Shown: one piece after another, positions 59,948 to 64,000 of the stretch
Layout of the letters: each line of letters starts with the position of its first letter
Position numbering within the stretch: the first letter of the stretch is position 1
Origin: Candidatus Latescibacterota bacterium
GTDB lineage: Bacteria; Latescibacterota; UBA2968
NCBI GenBank assembly: GCA_965204745.1
Contig: OZ242010.1
Span: 320,001-384,000, forward strand
Direction: 5' to 3'
DNA: 64,000 nucleotides
The notes under the pieces: generated by a model
The model's database searches: none
What the model saw: the letters and a program-made list of their open reading frames with translations, nothing else
What the model was told of the DNA's origin: nothing
Made by a program: the position numbers and the translations under genes

Positions 59948-61378
59948 TTAATACGCCGAGAAAACGTGCGTGAGTTCCTGAAAGTCAAAGACGGTCGCCA
60001 AAAGCGTACCCAAGATCATGGCGATCAAGAGCACGGCTTTGCCGATGTCCTGCCCCTTGAGGCTGCCGAGCAACTTGGGTTCGCGGGAGAGATACGCGCT
60101 CGCGGCGTAGAGTTCTTCGCCCATCAAGGTGTAGTCGCAGGTGGTGATGAAAAAGGGCAGTTGGGTGTAGGAATCCGTGCCCGCGATCTGAATCGCCCCG
60201 ATAGACGCGCCGGTTTCGGCCAAGAGCAGAGATTCCGCAAAGAAATAGCCCATCAGGATGTTGGTCGCAGGTCGGTCGCGCACCATCATGCCGTCGAGCG
60301 CGGCAGCATAACTAAATTGCTCGGTGGCGACCATGAACACCATGTCCTCGGAATACGCGTCGGGCCGCCCGGCATTGAGATAGGATTCCTTGACGACCTC
60401 TCGGCTCACGGCCAGAACCACGGGGTCGTTGTTGGCGACGCGCAATTCCGTATTAAATTCAGCGGTGCGATTCGCAACGCGCGAGAGCACGTTGATCGCC
60501 GCAATGGTCGAGACGCTGCCCATCGACGCCAAGCCGTGTGCAAAGAGCACGGGTTTGCCCATTTCCGTGGCGCGCCCCAGGGCCTCGTCCAAGGCTTCGA
60601 GGCCCGCGATGCGCCGAATGAACAGGTCGCGCTTTTGCGCGAGGATGATGCCGCCCAAAATGATGAGCGAAAACACCGTGCCGATGACAAAATTGTTTGC
60701 TTTGGCCCAGTTGAAGAAATTTTCAGCCGCGGTTGCAGACGCGATAGCAAAGGGCACTGTCTCGCCGGAAGGGAGATGCGCGTTGACCCGCACGTAATAG
60801 GTTTTGCCGTTTTCAATGGGGATCCGCTTTGACGGATCCGCGGGATCGGCATAGTCGGTGATTTTGGCAAAGAGCATGTGATGCGTTTCCTCGCCGTGCC
60901 CAAAGGTGCCGGGTTCGCTAGATTGCAAATCGATCCTGCTGATCCCAGTGGGATGAAAAGGCCCATTTTCCGATTCGCCAACTGCGATTGTGAATTTGAG
61001 TCCTTCGGGAGATTCGAGGATTTTCATGAGTATAAATGCCATCAGTTTATTTTTATTTGACCATTCCTCAATTTCCAATCCAAAATGTTCCACTAAGTCC
61101 CGGATGTCGTCAATGAGGTCGCCGAAGCTCGGATGCGACATTGCCCGGAAAAGATTATTGTCAATGAAGTCGCTGATGTCCCATGTAACGGTGATGCTAC
61201 CGCCCGAGTCGTTGGGGGTGTCTATCGCTCGCACCACAGGGGGTTGCTGGAACGCTGTTGCCCGCACCTGTGCGCGTATAACCCCCAGGGTGTCTTTCGC
61301 TTGCACCACAGGGGGTTGTTGGGCCTGCACCTGCGCCGCGCAAATCAGCAGAGCGCACGACAAAAAACAATATCGCAT
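59948..61378 (-). CDS. DUF6754 domain protein with N-terminal Fn3-like exported region
   Basis: DTPNDSGGSITVTW; IRRIAGLEALDEALGRATEMGKP; QLPFFITTCDYTLMGEELYAASAYL. Confidence 0.8.
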   Translation of the reverse strand: MRYCFLSCALLICAAQVQAQQPPVVQAKDTLGVIRAQVRATAFQQPPVVRAIDTPNDSGGSITVTWDISDFIDNNLFRAMSHPSFGDLIDDIRDLVEHFGLEIEEWSNKNKLMAFILMKILESPEGLKFTIAVGESENGPFHPTGISRIDLQSSEPGTFGHGEETHHMLFAKITDYADPADPSKRIPIENGKTYYVRVNAHLPSGETVPFAIASATAAENFFNWAKANNFVIGTVFSLIILGGIILAQKRDLFIRRIAGLEALDEALGRATEMGKPVLFAHGLASMGSVSTIAAINVLSRVANRTAEFNTELRVANNDPVVLAVSREVVKESYLNAGRPDAYSEDMVFMVATEQFSYAAALDGMMVRDRPATNILMGYFFAESLLLAETGASIGAIQIAGTDSYTQLPFFITTCDYTLMGEELYAASAYLSREPKLLGSLKGQDIGKAVLLIAMILGTLLATVFDFQELTHVFSAY

Positions 61379-61390
61379 ATCTTTCTCCCG

Positions 61391-62509
61391 TTATTCTTGA
61401 ATCAACTCGACATTGGCGCGGGGCACGATGGCGCGGTCGCCATTTTCAAATTCGACTTCGAGCACGCGCACGCGGGTTTCCGATTCGACGGTTTGCAACT
61501 CGGGCGGCAGGGCCGTGACTTTGCCCACGCGCCCAAAATGCGGCGCGCGAATCGCCCGCAAGTGCGCCCCTTCCGCGAGGCCCACCTGATCGGCTTCTTC
61601 GGCGCGATGATCCGCACCGACTTCTGGGATGATGATTTCGGGCCGCAACACGCCTGCGCGGATTTGCGTGGCGCCCGAGAGCGAGGCTTCTTTGCCGTGG
61701 TTTTCGCGCAGAATGTCAAAGGTTTTGCGCGCCATCGCAATGGGGCCAAAGCCCTCGGTGACGATGACCGTGAGGCCGATATCCTCGGTGCCGGTGATGG
61801 CCACGCCCAAGTCGTAGCCGAGCAGGTCGCGCAGATCTGCATCGCGGATCCCGCCGCCGATGATGCCCACCGCGCCGCAGGCCCGCGCTTTGTCGATTGC
61901 GGCTCGGGTCAACAAATTGCCTCCCACGACGATTTTGCCCGCGCACTCGGCGTCGATCTGATCCGCGCTCAGGGTCTCATCCGGCTCGCCGGAGATGACG
62001 TGCAGGTTGCCCCAGGTTTCGCCGCCCACGCCAAAGATGCCCTGCACAAAAACGCCGGTGGTTTCGATGATGACGCCTTCGTCCGGCAAGACCTCGACCA
62101 CGTTGCCGTCGATGTAGGCCCTGACCTGAACGGGCCGCGGCGGCGCGCGAAACAGGACTTGCCCGGTGATTTTGGAGATGTTTTCGAGCGTGCCGCCAAT
62201 CGGGGCTTTGACCGTGGTTTTGAACCATTTGATGAAGGGCCGCGTCTCTGCAATGGGTTCGCCCGCTTGCACCGCGTCGCCTTCGCGTTTGAGCATGTAA
62301 TTGGGCAATTCCTCGGGCGTGCAACTCAAGATGTTGACCAAATTGAGGGTGGTGACATTGCCGGGCAAGTCCGTGCGCGCAACGACCTGATCGCGCGTGA
62401 CCCCATCGCCCCGCGCCACCACGACCTCGCCCTTGAGGGGCAGTTGCCGTTGCCGCCGAATCCTCGCCCGCCGCGTCACGCGAAGCCCGGGTGTGTATGC
62501 ATGTGCCAT
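61391..62509 (-). CDS. Uncharacterised soluble protein with barrel-sandwich-hybrid-like repeats and C-terminal KOW/SH3-like motif
   Basis: MAHAYTPGL start; repeated G.V.V..GD.V motifs; VRVLEVEFENG..VPRANVELI. Confidence 0.78.
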   Translation of the reverse strand: MAHAYTPGLRVTRRARIRRQRQLPLKGEVVVARGDGVTRDQVVARTDLPGNVTTLNLVNILSCTPEELPNYMLKREGDAVQAGEPIAETRPFIKWFKTTVKAPIGGTLENISKITGQVLFRAPPRPVQVRAYIDGNVVEVLPDEGVIIETTGVFVQGIFGVGGETWGNLHVISGEPDETLSADQIDAECAGKIVVGGNLLTRAAIDKARACGAVGIIGGGIRDADLRDLLGYDLGVAITGTEDIGLTVIVTEGFGPIAMARKTFDILRENHGKEASLSGATQIRAGVLRPEIIIPEVGADHRAEEADQVGLAEGAHLRAIRAPHFGRVGKVTALPPELQTVESETRVRVLEVEFENGDRAIVPRANVELIQE

Positions 62510-62981
62510 AAAAAAATTCCGGTTTGCTCGACCATCGGTCAAGCGTTTGACAACTGATTGTGCAAGATAAACATTTTTGGCGTAAAAGTCCTGTTAATTT
62601 TTTTCAAACGCAGAATCGATTTGTACCCTGTTCTGCACATTCAAGCGAGCACGGGGGCACCGCCCCTACACATATCGCTCGCCTTTGAATGGGCTGTCGC
62701 CATGTACCCCTTTTGTGCCTTTGAATGGGCTGTCGCCAGTTGTACCCCGCTCGTGGCTAAAATCCCTCTCCCATCTCGCCTCTTACCTCTTGTATCTTTG
62801 GACGATCATTACATCTGCGCCCTCTACATGATCTGCGACCCGCCTTTGGGCGGCGATGGGCGGGGACTGACCACTGACTACTGACTACTGACCACTGGCG
62901 GTTGGGCGGGGCGGTCTCGCCTCTCGCCTCTCGCCTCTCCCGTCTCACCGAAGGGCGGTGGCGGAGCGGCGATCTCGCCTT

Positions 62982-63341
62982 TCACAATCCCGCTCGTTGG
63001 AGAATGACCTCGCCGAGTTTCTCGTGCAGACCCAAGGGCGCGGTGACGCGGATAGTGACGCCGGGATGTGTTGCCGCGGCTTCTGTTGCCAGGCGCGGAA
63101 TGTCTTGGGTGGCATGGCGTCCGGGCGAGAGCATGTAGGGATGCACGACTATTTCAGTCGCACCCGCACGCACACATGCCGCAATGCCCTGCCCGATGCT
63201 CGGTTCGGCCAGTTCCATGTGCGCGATCTGAACGATGAGTTGCGGGCGTTTTTGACGCAGGATCTCGGCAACGCCATAAAGCATTTGATTGGCTTCTTCA
63301 CGCCTTGAGCCGTGATCGACAATGAGGAGCGCGGTACGCAT
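62982..63341 (-). CDS. CbiX/SirB N-terminal domain protein (small class II chelatase)
   Basis: DHGSR, HMELAEP, HPYMLSPGRH...DIP. Confidence 0.88.
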   Translation of the reverse strand: MRTALLIVDHGSRREEANQMLYGVAEILRQKRPQLIVQIAHMELAEPSIGQGIAACVRAGATEIVVHPYMLSPGRHATQDIPRLATEAAATHPGVTIRVTAPLGLHEKLGEVILQRAGL

Positions 63342-63372
63342 AGGCCAATGTGGAAAATGATCTCGTCGCCGG

Positions 63373-63969
63373 TTACAACTGCCGCAACCGATTCAAAAGT
63401 GCCTCGGCATGCGGACAGGCGGTTGCCACGAGAGCGGGGTCAATGTGTGCCAGCAATTCAAATGAGACCTTGCCCTTGGCATAGTGTTTGGTGCATGCGG
63501 CGGTAGCGCATTTGAGCGCGTAGAGGACTGTTGGCTTGGGCACGGCCTCTAAGCCGGGCCATTTCTTGAGCGCGTTTTGCCTAAACCTTGCGCCGAAGTA
63601 CTTTCGCAACGCATCTCTATCGGCCAAGAACCAAGTCTCCATGGCTTGAACCATTAAAAACGCCTGATCGTCGTCCGCGTTGGAAGGCCGTTGCCAACCG
63701 TCGCGGGCGGACAAGTGTTGCCAAACCGTGTGTCCCTTCGCAACAGGATCCTCGCTGTCGACGAGCAGGATCGGAACCACGTTAGGGCGATTATTCTCGA
63801 TGGCTGTGACAAAAAGGTCAAAGGTCTTGTCTCGCCCGCCGCCCCGTACAATCTTCGTCTTGCTAGCAAGGTCAGCTTTTTTGAAAAACGCATTCCAACC
63901 CTCGCGGAAACGCGCTCCGAGCTCTCGACCCTCGCCACCGCCCTCAATGTATAGCGTGGCTCTTACCAT
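63373..63969 (-). CDS. DUF4276 family protein (TOPRIM-like)
   Basis: YIEGGG, LLVDSE, MVQAMETWFLAD, YAKG, CPHA. Confidence 0.85.
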   Translation of the reverse strand: MVRATLYIEGGGEGRELGARFREGWNAFFKKADLASKTKIVRGGGRDKTFDLFVTAIENNRPNVVPILLVDSEDPVAKGHTVWQHLSARDGWQRPSNADDDQAFLMVQAMETWFLADRDALRKYFGARFRQNALKKWPGLEAVPKPTVLYALKCATAACTKHYAKGKVSFELLAHIDPALVATACPHAEALLNRLRQL

Positions 63970-64000
63970 CGATTGCCTCCCAACTCGCCCGAAGTCCAGA
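63963..64000 (-). CDS. C-terminal end of a probable AAA-family ATPase (truncated by window edge)
   Basis: WTSGELGGNRW* is a typical ending of DUF4276-associated ATPases; overlaps the DUF4276 start. Confidence 0.65.
   Translation of the reverse strand, partial: WTSGELGGNRW

Overview
A ~57-60% GC bacterial window. Its gene content (PorV-like and TonB genes, several sulfatases and PhyH dioxygenases, DUF1800/DUF1501, hpnCDE) suggests an FCB-group organism such as Latescibacterota or Gemmatimonadota, possibly a sponge symbiont; this is inference. Housekeeping genes (glnS, tRNA-Gln, tRNA-Pro, aroQ, accD, hpnCDE, mltD, mtnA, rsfS, ilvD, oppD/oppF-like) are interspersed with several families of short intergenic repeats and MITE-like elements. 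Highlights: (1) an intact IS110 element (11834-13128) whose bridge-RNA target and donor guides, CT core, circle-junction promoter and an empty target site can all be read from the sequence, and which targets the host's own heptamer-type repeats; (2) an uncharacterised five-gene membrane-complex operon built around a DUF6754 protein, upstream of orphan peptide-ABC ATPases; (3) a SusD-less cassette of a TonB receptor, a CTD-bearing protein, a PorV-like barrel and a lipoprotein; (4) at least five toxin-antitoxin loci where the toxin is broken and the antitoxin kept; (5) a duplicated methyltransferase module inactivated differently in each copy, a stray infB fragment, and probable defence genes at both edges (sacsin-like ATPase-nuclease; AAA ATPase plus DUF4276). 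All calls come from reading the sequence; no database searches were run.
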